Of a DNA stretch of 64,000 nucleotides, positions 55,883 to 64,000 are shown one piece after another. The translations under genes and the position numbers were made by a program. The notes under the pieces were generated by a model, which was not told the DNA's origin, did no database searches, and worked only from the letters and a program-made list of their open reading frames with translations. Each line of letters begins with the position of its first letter. Positions within the stretch are counted from its first letter, which is position 1. Source of the DNA: Anaeromyxobacteraceae bacterium (lineage in GTDB: Bacteria > Myxococcota > Myxococcia > Myxococcales > Anaeromyxobacteraceae). The DNA is taken from NCBI GenBank assembly GCA_032654565.1, contig JAULAX010000007.1:32001-96000 (forward strand). The letters run 5' to 3'.

Positions 55883-57148
55883 CTATGAGAGGGGAGGCAA
55901 CAGCCTTCGGTCCACCCTGTCCTGCCTCCCGAAGAGGTCGAGCTTGAGGTAGTTCGGAGCGCCAGGCGGCACTTCGGCGCACGCCGCAGCCAGCATGGCG
56001 GCCGTGGCAGTAGCGAGGAATGGCGCCGCCGTGGCAACGCCATCATATGCGACGCGGCTGCATTCGTCCCGGATTTCGACAGGGACGCGCGCTGCCTCAT
56101 CGATCGGCCCGGCGACAACCTTGCGCTCCGGATACCTCTCGGAGAGCAGTGGGTCTGCGGCGCCATGCCTTGTGAAGAGAACAAGTCCGGCGTCGCGGGC
56201 GGCTCCGCCCACCGCTCCGTTGAGCAGCAGGCCCGCGCTGGTCGAGTCGAGAATGCGGCGGGTCTCGGGGTTGTCGACAGCGCACACGAACGTAGACCGC
56301 GGTATGTCCAGCTCCGGACTTCCACGGTCGACCACAACGTGACGACCTGAAGCACGAAGGCCGGATCGAGTCGAAGCCTCGGCGAGTGCGGCGGCCTTCG
56401 GGCGGCAGCGCATGACCTGGTCCTTGCCGATGAGGCACGTCGTCTCGAGGTTCGGCTCGTCGTAGGAGTCGCCGTCGAGGATATCGAGGCCAGCAGTCCA
56501 GTCCGAAAGCCAGAGCGTGTAGGCGAAAGCCGATCCGATTGCGCCCGCACCCAGGACCCCGACCTGCCCGCACTCGATGGATGCCAGTGTGTGTGCCGCG
56601 GGGGCATCGACGCCCACAGCGAGATCACTGACGGAGAAGGTCCACGAGTGCGCGTGACCGCCGCCCAGCAGCGTCTTGCTGAATACCTGAGCAAACACGC
56701 AGGACACGGCGAAGACGCTTGCCGGGACCTCTGCCGGAAGGTATCCCGGAAGCCAGGTGTTGACGCCAGCCACCCACCCAGCGGCATTCGCGACGAACTC
56801 GGCCCCGGCGCCGCCGATGTGGATTATGGGCTGACTAGAGGGTGATCCGTCGCGCCACTGAATCCTGCCGGCTTCGCCGAAAGCAGCGGCTGACTCCAAG
56901 AGTTGATCACCAAGGGTGCCGTGCTGAGATCCGACGCCGACCGCTCGAGGGTCACCATACACAAGGATGGGTCCCGTGAAGCACCGGAGAGCCAGAGTCG
57001 CGGCCACATGCGCCATGACCGCGCGCTTCACCGGCTCGAGGTCGTGAAGAACGATGGCAAGAGGGACACTTCGAGACTGCCGGCTCAGCGCGAGTGACGG
57101 CGCGGCCATGCGGACGTTGAGGAGCTTGTCGACTCTCGAGACGCGCAT
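55883..57148 (-). CDS. E1-like ubiquitin-activating enzyme (BilD-like; ThiF domain with N-terminal extension)
   Basis: GAGAIG, LDGDSYDEPNL, KA, CAVDN..RR, candidate catalytic Cys in DECSRV; GGAG RBS before ATG 57148. Confidence 0.82.
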   Translation of the reverse strand: MRVSRVDKLLNVRMAAPSLALSRQSRSVPLAIVLHDLEPVKRAVMAHVAATLALRCFTGPILVYGDPRAVGVGSQHGTLGDQLLESAAAFGEAGRIQWRDGSPSSQPIIHIGGAGAEFVANAAGWVAGVNTWLPGYLPAEVPASVFAVSCVFAQVFSKTLLGGGHAHSWTFSVSDLAVGVDAPAAHTLASIECGQVGVLGAGAIGSAFAYTLWLSDWTAGLDILDGDSYDEPNLETTCLIGKDQVMRCRPKAAALAEASTRSGLRASGRHVVVDRGSPELDIPRSTFVCAVDNPETRRILDSTSAGLLLNGAVGGAARDAGLVLFTRHGAADPLLSERYPERKVVAGPIDEAARVPVEIRDECSRVAYDGVATAAPFLATATAAMLAAACAEVPPGAPNYLKLDLFGRQDRVDRRLLPPLS

Positions 57149-57155
57149 GGCGAAA

Positions 57156-57638
57156 TTACTCCAGGAGAACTCGCGCACTGACTTCTTCATCGGGTAGGCG
57201 CCGCCACTCCGATGTCGCCACGTACTCGTGCACCCCCGCACTGAGAAGATTCGGTGCTCGGGAGGCGAAGTACGGAAGCACGACAGCGAGCAATCCGATC
57301 CTGTACTCGATTGGGTGCGTCTCGTCGGTCGGCGACAGATCGACCCAGGCATCAGGATGAACGTGGACGTCCGCGATGAGGCTCTCGCCGCGCCTGCGCA
57401 TCTCGGCAAAGAGCTGCGCGACGCACTCGCGGCTGGCGCGGTGGAAGAGCGCACCGGCGTTCACTGGACCGAAGTCTTCCAGGAAGTGCACCGAGCGAAC
57501 GATCCACTTCTCTGCAGCGCGATCGCCCGACCAGACGCAAGCGGCTTCACGGACTCCACCACTGCGTGACCGAAGGCCGCTCCAAGTCAGGGCCCACAGC
57601 GGGCGGGAAACGTGAAGGATGGGAGGTGGATGCATCAT
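57156..57638 (-). CDS. JAB/JAMM metallopeptidase (deubiquitinase, BilC-like)
   Basis: E in REAAC and exact HxH-x7-S-x2-D motif (HVHPDAWVDLSPTD). Confidence 0.88.
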   Translation of the reverse strand: MMHPPPILHVSRPLWALTWSGLRSRSGGVREAACVWSGDRAAEKWIVRSVHFLEDFGPVNAGALFHRASRECVAQLFAEMRRRGESLIADVHVHPDAWVDLSPTDETHPIEYRIGLLAVVLPYFASRAPNLLSAGVHEYVATSEWRRLPDEEVSARVLLE

Positions 57639-58069
57639 GCTGCCCTTCCCGCGTAGTCATCCGAGGTGAGGAGCCGCTGGAGATAGTTGAAGACCTCTAT
57701 CGGCGAACTCCGGTCCCCTCGCCAGGCCGTTATGGCCGGGCTTTGCAGCCAATCCGGGTGGTGCTGGAGGCCCTCCCGGGTGAGCGGCATGCAGAGGAAG
57801 CAGTTCGGCGGGGGCTTCACGACCTCATGGAAGCGACCCGTACCCTTGGGCCACGCGTTCATCGTCGACGATGACCCAGCCGCATCGACGAAGACGACGG
57901 ACGGCGCGCGGCGAGGCAAGTCGTCGCACAGCAGGCGGACGATGTACCGCTCCTCGTCGCGCGCCGTGAGTCCAAACTGGAGCCGGTCCCCGTCACGCGT
58001 CACGACCCAGCCGTTGACGACCTTGAGCAGGTTCCAGTCCTGGGAAGCCATGAACTCGTCGAGAGTCAT
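57635..58069 (-). CDS. E2-like ubiquitin-conjugating enzyme (BilB-like)
   Basis: DDLPRRAPSVVFVD, WP, FLCMP (candidate catalytic Cys), RE..HHPDW; position between the Ubl and JAB genes. Confidence 0.75.
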   Translation of the reverse strand: MTLDEFMASQDWNLLKVVNGWVVTRDGDRLQFGLTARDEERYIVRLLCDDLPRRAPSVVFVDAAGSSSTMNAWPKGTGRFHEVVKPPPNCFLCMPLTREGLQHHPDWLQSPAITAWRGDRSSPIEVFNYLQRLLTSDDYAGRAA

Positions 58070-58072
58070 TCG

Positions 58073-58333
58073 CTAGCCCTTCGCAACTTCCTCTGCGAGC
58101 ACCAGCTTGAGCACCACCGTCTCGCCGAGCGCGCCGACCTTGGTGTGCTCGTTCACGTCGACGTTGTTGAACTGGAGGACGTACCGACCGGCATCACCCG
58201 CGTTCAGCCCGAAGTGCTTCAGGGCCTGGACCTTGATGGCCTGCAGCGCCTCCCTGGCTGGCACCTCGGCCACGAAATCGTCCTTACCCACGTACTGAAC
58301 GGTTACGGCCACCTTCTTGCTCTCGTGTTCCAT
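58073..58333 (-). CDS. Ubiquitin-like protein (BilA-like), 86 aa
   Basis: Beta-beta-alpha-beta-beta (beta-grasp) pattern; C-terminal Gly (EEVAKG); GAAGGAG RBS. Confidence 0.75.
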   Translation of the reverse strand: MEHESKKVAVTVQYVGKDDFVAEVPAREALQAIKVQALKHFGLNAGDAGRYVLQFNNVDVNEHTKVGALGETVVLKLVLAEEVAKG

Positions 58334-58413
58334 GTGACTGCTCCTTCCATCAAAGTGCCCGCCCACGGCGGGGCAGGTCTTCTATGGGACCCGCCATGCT
58401 TGCGTACCGCAAT

Positions 58414-58474
58414 TTGCTAAGAACGTCAAGCAACCCCTAGCACTGCTTGCTCCGTCAAGCAGCCGTAGTACAGT
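58414..58474. promoter_or_regulatory. Two 20-bp palindromic candidate operators in the divergent promoter
   Basis: TTGCTAA-N6-CAAGCAA (58414-58433) and perfect CTGCTTG-N6-CAAGCAG (58443-58462); plus-strand TTGCTC-N16-TACAGT. Confidence 0.65.
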
Positions 58475-58508
58475 GGCAGTGCATTCGGTCCCACTCACGG
58501 AGGCACGT

Positions 58509-58898
58509 GTGACCACAAAGAGGCAACTTGTCCCGCAGTCGGCGCCGCAGTCCCTTGGCGAGTACCTCGCAAACATTCGAGCTTCGAAGCAGATGAAGCT
58601 CCGGGAGGTAGAGGAGGTAACAGGGCGCACTGTCTCAAACGCGTACCTGAGCCAGCTAGAGAACGGGAGGATTGGCAAACCGTCTCCGAACATTCTCCAC
58701 AGTCTTGCGAAGGCATACGCGGTGCCCTACGAACTCCTGATGGAGAAGGCTGGGTACGTGATGGCAGCTTCTGACCGGGTCGAGACAGCCAAGCATGGAC
58801 GAGTAGCGACCTTCGCGGACAAGAGCCTCACTCGAGAAGAAGAAGAGGCCCTACTTTCCTATCTAGCGTTTCTGCGGTCGAAGAGAAGCAAACGCTAA
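58509..58898 (+). CDS. XRE-family HTH repressor (CapH-like)
   Basis: LREVEE..VSNAYLSQLENG..PSP; C-terminal helix YLAFLRSK; GGAGG RBS before GTG 58509. Confidence 0.88.
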   Translation: MTTKRQLVPQSAPQSLGEYLANIRASKQMKLREVEEVTGRTVSNAYLSQLENGRIGKPSPNILHSLAKAYAVPYELLMEKAGYVMAASDRVETAKHGRVATFADKSLTREEEEALLSYLAFLRSKRSKR

Positions 58899-59810
58899 GT
58901 GCGACCGCACGACAGCATCCACGATCGTAGGCACCTGGAACTGCTCCGGGCCCATGCGCGTTCAGCGCTCGAGGCTGCAGGTGCACTGGGCCGCCTGCCC
59001 ACACCCGTGTCCGAAGTGATGGACGCGGCGAAGCTGATCGTTGCCGAAGACGACCTGGATGAGTCGCTGGTTGCGCATCTGCGCAGGAAGACGGCTCGGG
59101 CTCGAGCCGTTCTCAAGGGAGCCCTGGGAAAGATCTGGGGCGTCCTCGATGCCAAGGCTCGCCTTGTTTACATTGACAAGGCCGTCCTTGGAGTCAAGCA
59201 GCGCTTCCTCAAGCTTCATGAGGCTGCGCACGCGCTGTTGCCATGGCAGCGAGACATCTACTCAGTCATCGAAGACAGCGAGGGAACTCTCGCTCCCGAG
59301 GTGAGCGAGAAGTTCGACCAGGAGGCGAACACATTCGCCTCCGAGGTGATGTTCCAGCTTGACGCCTTTGCGCTTGAAGCAAATGCGCACCCCTTTGGCA
59401 TTCGGGTGCCTCTCAACTTGAGCAAGCGATACGGGGCTTCAGTGTACGCGTCGGTGAGGCGCTACGTCTCCTGTCACCCAAGTCCTTGTGTTGTATTGGT
59501 GCTCGAGCCGCCTACCTATGGGAATGGCGTTGGCTTCGTTGCGCGCCTTAGGAGGGTAGTACCTTCACCGGAATTCGCTCGAATGTTCGGTGCATTAGAG
59601 TGGCCCGAGGCGTTCACTCCGAGCGATCGCGTCGGGGCATTGGTCCCCATCGGTGGGAGGAAGATGTCGCGACCTCGGGAGTTGCCTTTGACGGACGAGA
59701 ATGGGACGATTCACGACTGCGTAGCGGAAGGATTCACAACCACCCATCATGTGTTCGTCCTGATTCACGCACGCTCGGCGCTCACGGCTCGATCGATTGT
59801 GATGTCCTGA
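58899..59810 (+). CDS. ImmA/IrrE-family Zn metallopeptidase (CapP-like)
   Basis: RF..LHEAAH, EANTFASEVMF, HTH-like segment and C-terminal domain; abuts the repressor gene. Confidence 0.88.
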   Translation: MRPHDSIHDRRHLELLRAHARSALEAAGALGRLPTPVSEVMDAAKLIVAEDDLDESLVAHLRRKTARARAVLKGALGKIWGVLDAKARLVYIDKAVLGVKQRFLKLHEAAHALLPWQRDIYSVIEDSEGTLAPEVSEKFDQEANTFASEVMFQLDAFALEANAHPFGIRVPLNLSKRYGASVYASVRRYVSCHPSPCVVLVLEPPTYGNGVGFVARLRRVVPSPEFARMFGALEWPEAFTPSDRVGALVPIGGRKMSRPRELPLTDENGTIHDCVAEGFTTTHHVFVLIHARSALTARSIVMS

Positions 59811-59934
59811 GCAAGGGTCCCGACCTCTCCACCGGCCCAGAAGGCCACTCAGTGGTTGAGGAAGACATCTCGCCGAACGAAACAGCCACAGCAGGGGCAG
59901 GCCTCCGTCGATGTTGCCTTGTTCGCAAGGTCAG

Positions 59935-61122
59935 TCACCTTCCGCCATTGCCCCTTTCAGCGAGAGACAGAAGTCTCGTTGCCTCCGCAAGCCCGGCCCT
60001 AAACTCGGCGGATACAGTGACGGCTCCCTGCTCAAGCGAAATGCATCCCCCATCGACGAGGCTGCGAAACACAGAATAGAATTCAGGGGGAGATCCCAAC
60101 AAATACTGCGGATAGACAGCGCCACCGTCCATCCGAATGGTTGGCTCAACTTCGAGACCCCTGCCCTTCCTAAGGAGTGTTTGTCGCCGCCAAGCCTCAG
60201 TATCCTCCGTCGAAGCAAGGGCCTTAACGGCCGTGCGATACCTACTGTCAGCCTGAAGAAGCGTGAAGTAGCGCGACAAGGTTTCCCCCTCGCCGACGAG
60301 TTCCGCGAGCCCCTCTAGGCCACTCAATCCCCGTTCGCGATATACTCTCAGTGCGCTGGCCCGCCCCGGGAACTTCGGAAGCTTCGTCTGCTCCAGCAAA
60401 CGGTTGCGGAGCAATTTGGACCGGTTCCTCTTCCTCTCTGAGAGCGAGGAATATCCGGTGCCAACCACGATAATCAACACAACCCCAAGAACGCTTACGA
60501 GCGTGTACCCCACTGTTCGCAGCAACTGAACGCTCACCGGACCAAGGAATGCTGACGACAGTCTCCCCGGCGCCCGATCGCGCTGAGCCGATAGCAATAC
60601 AATGCGCCCTCCAGCGAACTTCCCAAAGGGCGCCATAGACGGCTCGGTGTTGCGTGGATGAATCACGATCAGGTCGAGCGAGAAGGCCTGTCCCCTATCA
60701 AGAACTAGGGTGGGAAACCTAACGCACTCCTCACCTTCGGTGAGCGTTCCAGTCAACGTCTTGTCCAGGTAGGCATCGCCTGTCTGCCGAACGGTAAGGG
60801 ACGCGACTCGACTATCACGCACGCAGAAGCCCCAGCCCAAGGCTGGGTCAAGCATTGCGGGCGCAATATCCACATCGCCCGTGTTTGAAATTCTCACAGT
60901 CATGGCGCGGGCGTGGCGCCCCAGCTTCGAAAGGTCTTCGCCACCGTACAACACGGTGAAACCGGAGAAGCTCGGCGCAAGATCGGTGAGGACCGCGTTC
61001 GAGGAGATCTCCATGGTGACTTCTGGGCGTGGCCGCGAGAAGTACTGCATTACGCCAAACACCATGCTCACGATCGAAAGGACAGTGAACAGGAGCTTGG
61101 CGGCGGTCTTTAGGAAAGTCAT
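59935..61122 (-). CDS. Hypothetical membrane protein (2 TM)
   Basis: 395 aa ORF with N-terminal TM, beta-rich domain, second TM and basic helical C-terminal domain. Confidence 0.7.
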   Translation of the reverse strand: MTFLKTAAKLLFTVLSIVSMVFGVMQYFSRPRPEVTMEISSNAVLTDLAPSFSGFTVLYGGEDLSKLGRHARAMTVRISNTGDVDIAPAMLDPALGWGFCVRDSRVASLTVRQTGDAYLDKTLTGTLTEGEECVRFPTLVLDRGQAFSLDLIVIHPRNTEPSMAPFGKFAGGRIVLLSAQRDRAPGRLSSAFLGPVSVQLLRTVGYTLVSVLGVVLIIVVGTGYSSLSERKRNRSKLLRNRLLEQTKLPKFPGRASALRVYRERGLSGLEGLAELVGEGETLSRYFTLLQADSRYRTAVKALASTEDTEAWRRQTLLRKGRGLEVEPTIRMDGGAVYPQYLLGSPPEFYSVFRSLVDGGCISLEQGAVTVSAEFRAGLAEATRLLSLAERGNGGR

Positions 61123-61363
61123 GAATCAATCCCATTCGTTGCGCCGCACCGATACACTGCGTATCTAATGCGCTGAGGGCGCAGCGACCTCACCGCGTCC
61201 AGTCTCACGCGCGCTCCCGAGAAACACGTGCCCCCCACACACCACCCAAGTCTAGGCCGCTCCTGATGCAACCTGAGTGTGACGCGGAGCAAACTCCGAT
61301 GGCGCGAGATTGTCCAGCCAAGAGTGCGGGCGAACCTCGTTGTTGTCGAGGGAAGCGGAGAAC

Positions 61364-61397
61364 GAAAAAGGGCAGAGGGCTCAAGGCCCTCCACCCC
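61364..61397 (-). terminator. Intrinsic terminator downstream of ssb
   Basis: Minus strand GGGGTGGAGGGC-CTTGA-GCCCTCTGCCC followed by TTTTT. Confidence 0.7.
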
Positions 61398-61426
61398 TCT
61401 TGTGGACACTCCCGCCCAGGTAGGAA

Positions 61427-61900
61427 TTAGAAGGGAATGTCCTCGTGCCCGCCGCCGCTGCTGCCGCTGTCGTCGAACCCGGGCGGCGGACCGCCCTGGT
61501 CGTCGGGGCCGCCCTGGGGGGGACGCGCCCCGCCGCCGGGACCCGCGCCGGCGCCGCGGCCGGCGCCGCCGCCACCGCCGAGGAAGCGGACCGTGTCGGC
61601 CACCACCTTGACGCGGGAGCGCTTCTGCCCGGAGGTCTTGTCGTCCCAGGAGTCGGTCTTGAGCCGCCCCTCGACGTAGACCTGCCGGCCCTTGGCGAGG
61701 AACTCGCCGCACTGCTCGGCCTGCTTGCCCCAGACCTCCACGTCATGCCACTCGGTCTCCTCCTTCTTCTGGCCCGACTGCTTGTCGGTCCAGGAGCGGG
61801 AGGTGGCGATGCGGAGGTTGGCGACCGCCTGGCCGCCGGTGGTGTAACGGACCTCGGGGTCCTTGCCGAGGTTGCCGACCAGGATGACCTTGTTGACCAT
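61427..61900 (-). CDS. ssb: Single-stranded DNA-binding protein
   Basis: [31 protein letters not shown], Gly-rich tail, C-terminal EDIPF; GAAAGG RBS. Confidence 0.97.
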   Translation of the reverse strand: MVNKVILVGNLGKDPEVRYTTGGQAVANLRIATSRSWTDKQSGQKKEETEWHDVEVWGKQAEQCGEFLAKGRQVYVEGRLKTDSWDDKTSGQKRSRVKVVADTVRFLGGGGGAGRGAGAGPGGGARPPQGGPDDQGGPPPGFDDSGSSGGGHEDIPF

Positions 61901-64000
61901 GGGTGAGACCTTTCGGGTGCGTGGCCGGCGTGAGCCGCCGGCGTCGTGAGGTTGGGACCCTACTGGCCGGGTCTGACAGCGGCCGGCTCGGTGGCCGACC
62001 CGCTGGGCCGGCGGGCCGCCCGGGCCGGCGGTGGCCGGACCCATGGTGGCCGGCGCCGCCGCCGCCGGGGGCAGCGGCAGCCGGTCGCCAAGCAGCCCCT
62101 GGGCCGCCTGGCGGGCCGGAGGGGGCGCGGCCAGCAGCGCCAGCCGCAGCTCGGTGGGGGCGGCGTCGGCCACCTCGCCGAGCACCGCCGCCAGCGCGCC
62201 GCGGAGCGGGGCGGGGGGCTCGGCGGCGGCCAGCGCCAGCAGCCGGGAGATGGCCTCGCCGTTCCCCTCGCCGGCCAGGTCGCCGAGCCCGGCCACCACC
62301 GGGGGCGGCTCGCCGGCCAGCGCCAGCGCCAGCAGCCGGGCCAGCGGCGGGGGGGCCAGCGGTGCCGCGGTGGCCTCGAGCAGGCCGCGCCGGGCGGCGT
62401 CGGCGTCGGGGTCGGAGCGGTAGAGCGCCTCGGCCACCGCCAGCCGGAGCTGCGGCTCGGTCTCGGCCCGGAGCGCCGTCCGCAGGAAGGAGACGTTGCG
62501 CCGGTCGCGGGCTCGGCCCAGCGCCAGGTAGGAGGAGGCCGCGGCGTCGAGCGCCTCCGGGCTGGCGGTGGAGGCTGCGGTCACGGCCGGTCCCGCCGCC
62601 AGGCCCGGCCCCGCGGCCAGCGCCGCCGCCGCCGGTGCGCCGCGCCGCACCAGCGCCGCCGCCACCGCGTCAATGGCCGGCGTCACGGCCGCCGCCCGGC
62701 CCGGGGCGTCGTTGACCAGGATGGCGAAGGCCAGCCGCTCGCCGTCCACGGTCTCCAGGTAGCCGGACAGCGAGTTGACGCCGTCGAGCGTGCCGGTCTT
62801 GGCCCGCACTCGCCCGGCCGTCTCCGGCCCCTCCAGCCGCCAGCGGATGGTGCCGTCCTTGCCGGAGAGCGGCAGCGAGGCGAGGAACTCGGCCGACACC
62901 GGGAAGCGGCGCCAGAGCTCGGCGAGCAGCCGGGCCGTCTGCCGGGCGCTGAAGCGGTTGGCGTCGTTCAGGCCGGAGCCGTTCTTCATCACGTAGCTGC
63001 CGCGGGGCAGGCCGAACGAGGCCAGGAACCCCTCCACCGCGGCGAGGCCCGAGGCCCAGCTCCCCGGCGGCCCGGCGGTGGCAGCGCCCAGCGCCTTGAG
63101 CAGCTGCTCGGCCATGAAGTTGTTGCTGCTCTTGTTGAGCCGGCGGACCACCTCGGAGAGCGGCTCCGACTCGACCACGTGGAAGAGCCGCGCCCCCTCC
63201 GGCACCGCCCCCAGCCGCACCACCCCGGTCATGCGGACCCCGCGCAGCTCCAGCAGCCGGCGCAGCGTCTGGCCGAGGTACTGGGCCGGGTCGTCGATCT
63301 TGCGCCAGGAGACGGCCGGCCGGCCGCCGGCCGGGAGCCGCCCCTCCACCACGATCCGCTGCCGCCCCCCGGGGCCGCCGGGCGTCGACGAGACGGTGAG
63401 CCGCCGCGCCGCGCGCGCCCCCACGGTGCGGGTCCGGTTGCTGAGCTCGAAGTAGGCCGAGTCCGGCTCCAGCTCGACGCGACCGGCGGCGCCCGGGCGA
63501 TCGGCCGGCGCCACGTGGACCGCCACGCTGTTGAAGTTGAGCGAGAGGGCCCCGGCCGGCGCCAGGTAGCTCTTGTCGCCGCTCTCCTGGTCGAAGCCGG
63601 CGCCGATCCGCTCGGCGTCGAACCAGCCCTCGTCGAGCACCAGGTCGCCGAACCGCTTCAACCCCAGGTGGGCGAGGTCGCCGGCCAGGACCCAGAGCCG
63701 CTCGGTGGTGAGCGTCGGGTCCCCCTTGCCGCGCAGGTAGAGGGCCCGGGCGGCGCCGCCGGAGAGCCCCGCGGCGTCGAGCCAGGCCTCGGTCTCGAAG
63801 CGGTACTCGGGGCCGAGCCGGGCCAGCGCCGCCGCGGCGGTGAAGAGCTTCACGTTGGAGGCGGGGTTGAGCAGGGCGTCGGCGTCGCGGGCGTAGAGCG
63901 TGGCGCCGGTGTCGAGCGAGACCACGCAGATGCCGACCCGGGCGCCGGCCAGGGCGGAGCGCTCCACCAGGGCGTCGACGGCGGCGCGCAGGGCGGCGGG
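61901..64000 (-). CDS. dacB: D-alanyl-D-alanine carboxypeptidase/endopeptidase PBP4; 5' end outside the window, no stop before ssb
   Basis: PASNVK (SxxK), SNN (SxN), GSGL, AKTGTL (KTG); helical C-terminal extension. Confidence 0.9.

Larger units (their letters stand above)
55730..61360. mobile_element. Lower-GC accessory (defence) island; no mobility gene seen
   Basis: Abrupt loss of the extreme GC3 codon bias seen in flanking genes; boundaries approximate. Confidence 0.65.

Noticed and set aside
57149..57454. Longer 523-aa version of the E1 starting at 57454
   Set aside because: It would overlap the JAB gene by about 300 nt; ATG 57148 has a GGAG RBS just after the JAB stop
55883..59810. 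CBASS or Pycsar interpretation of the E1/E2/JAB plus CapH/CapP genes
   Set aside because: No CD-NTase, cyclase or effector gene is recognisable; E1 and E2 are separate genes and a free Ubl is present
55730..61427. Prophage, ICE or tRNA-integrated element
   Set aside because: No integrase, transposase, phage gene, tRNA or clear direct-repeat att pair seen

Overview
Very GC-rich chromosomal window from a myxobacterium; the pomY-pomZ-pomX locus and gene content suggest an Anaeromyxobacter-like organism (inference). From left to right it holds: (1) a tungsten/molybdenum-cofactor cluster with moeA, two aldehyde:ferredoxin oxidoreductases, two MoaD/ThiS carriers and a ThiF/MoeB protein (44-6928); (2) a ~30 kb amine/polyamine/lysine catabolism region with six class-III aminotransferases, three aldehyde dehydrogenases, PotFGHI, a putative porin, a large NAD-GDH, a PuuR-like regulator, a sigma-54 activator and four sigma-54 promoter motifs (6935-36575); (3) housekeeping genes including pcm, GST, MFS, pomYZX, sthA, dapC/D/E, yceI, radC, a MazEF-type TA pair, a TPR protein, an EVE protein and grxC; (4) a visibly lower-GC island (~55730-61360); (5) ssb and a dacB cut by the window edge whose frame runs into ssb without a stop. 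The island is the highlight. It encodes a complete ubiquitin-like conjugation operon (Ubl, E2, JAB peptidase, E1; BilABCD-like anti-phage architecture) transcribed divergently from an XRE repressor and HExxH metallopeptidase pair (CapH/CapP-like). Two 20-bp palindromic candidate operators lie between them, and an orphan two-TM membrane protein sits alongside. No rRNA, tRNA, CRISPR array, integrase or transposase was recognised. All calls come from motif recognition by eye; no database search was run.
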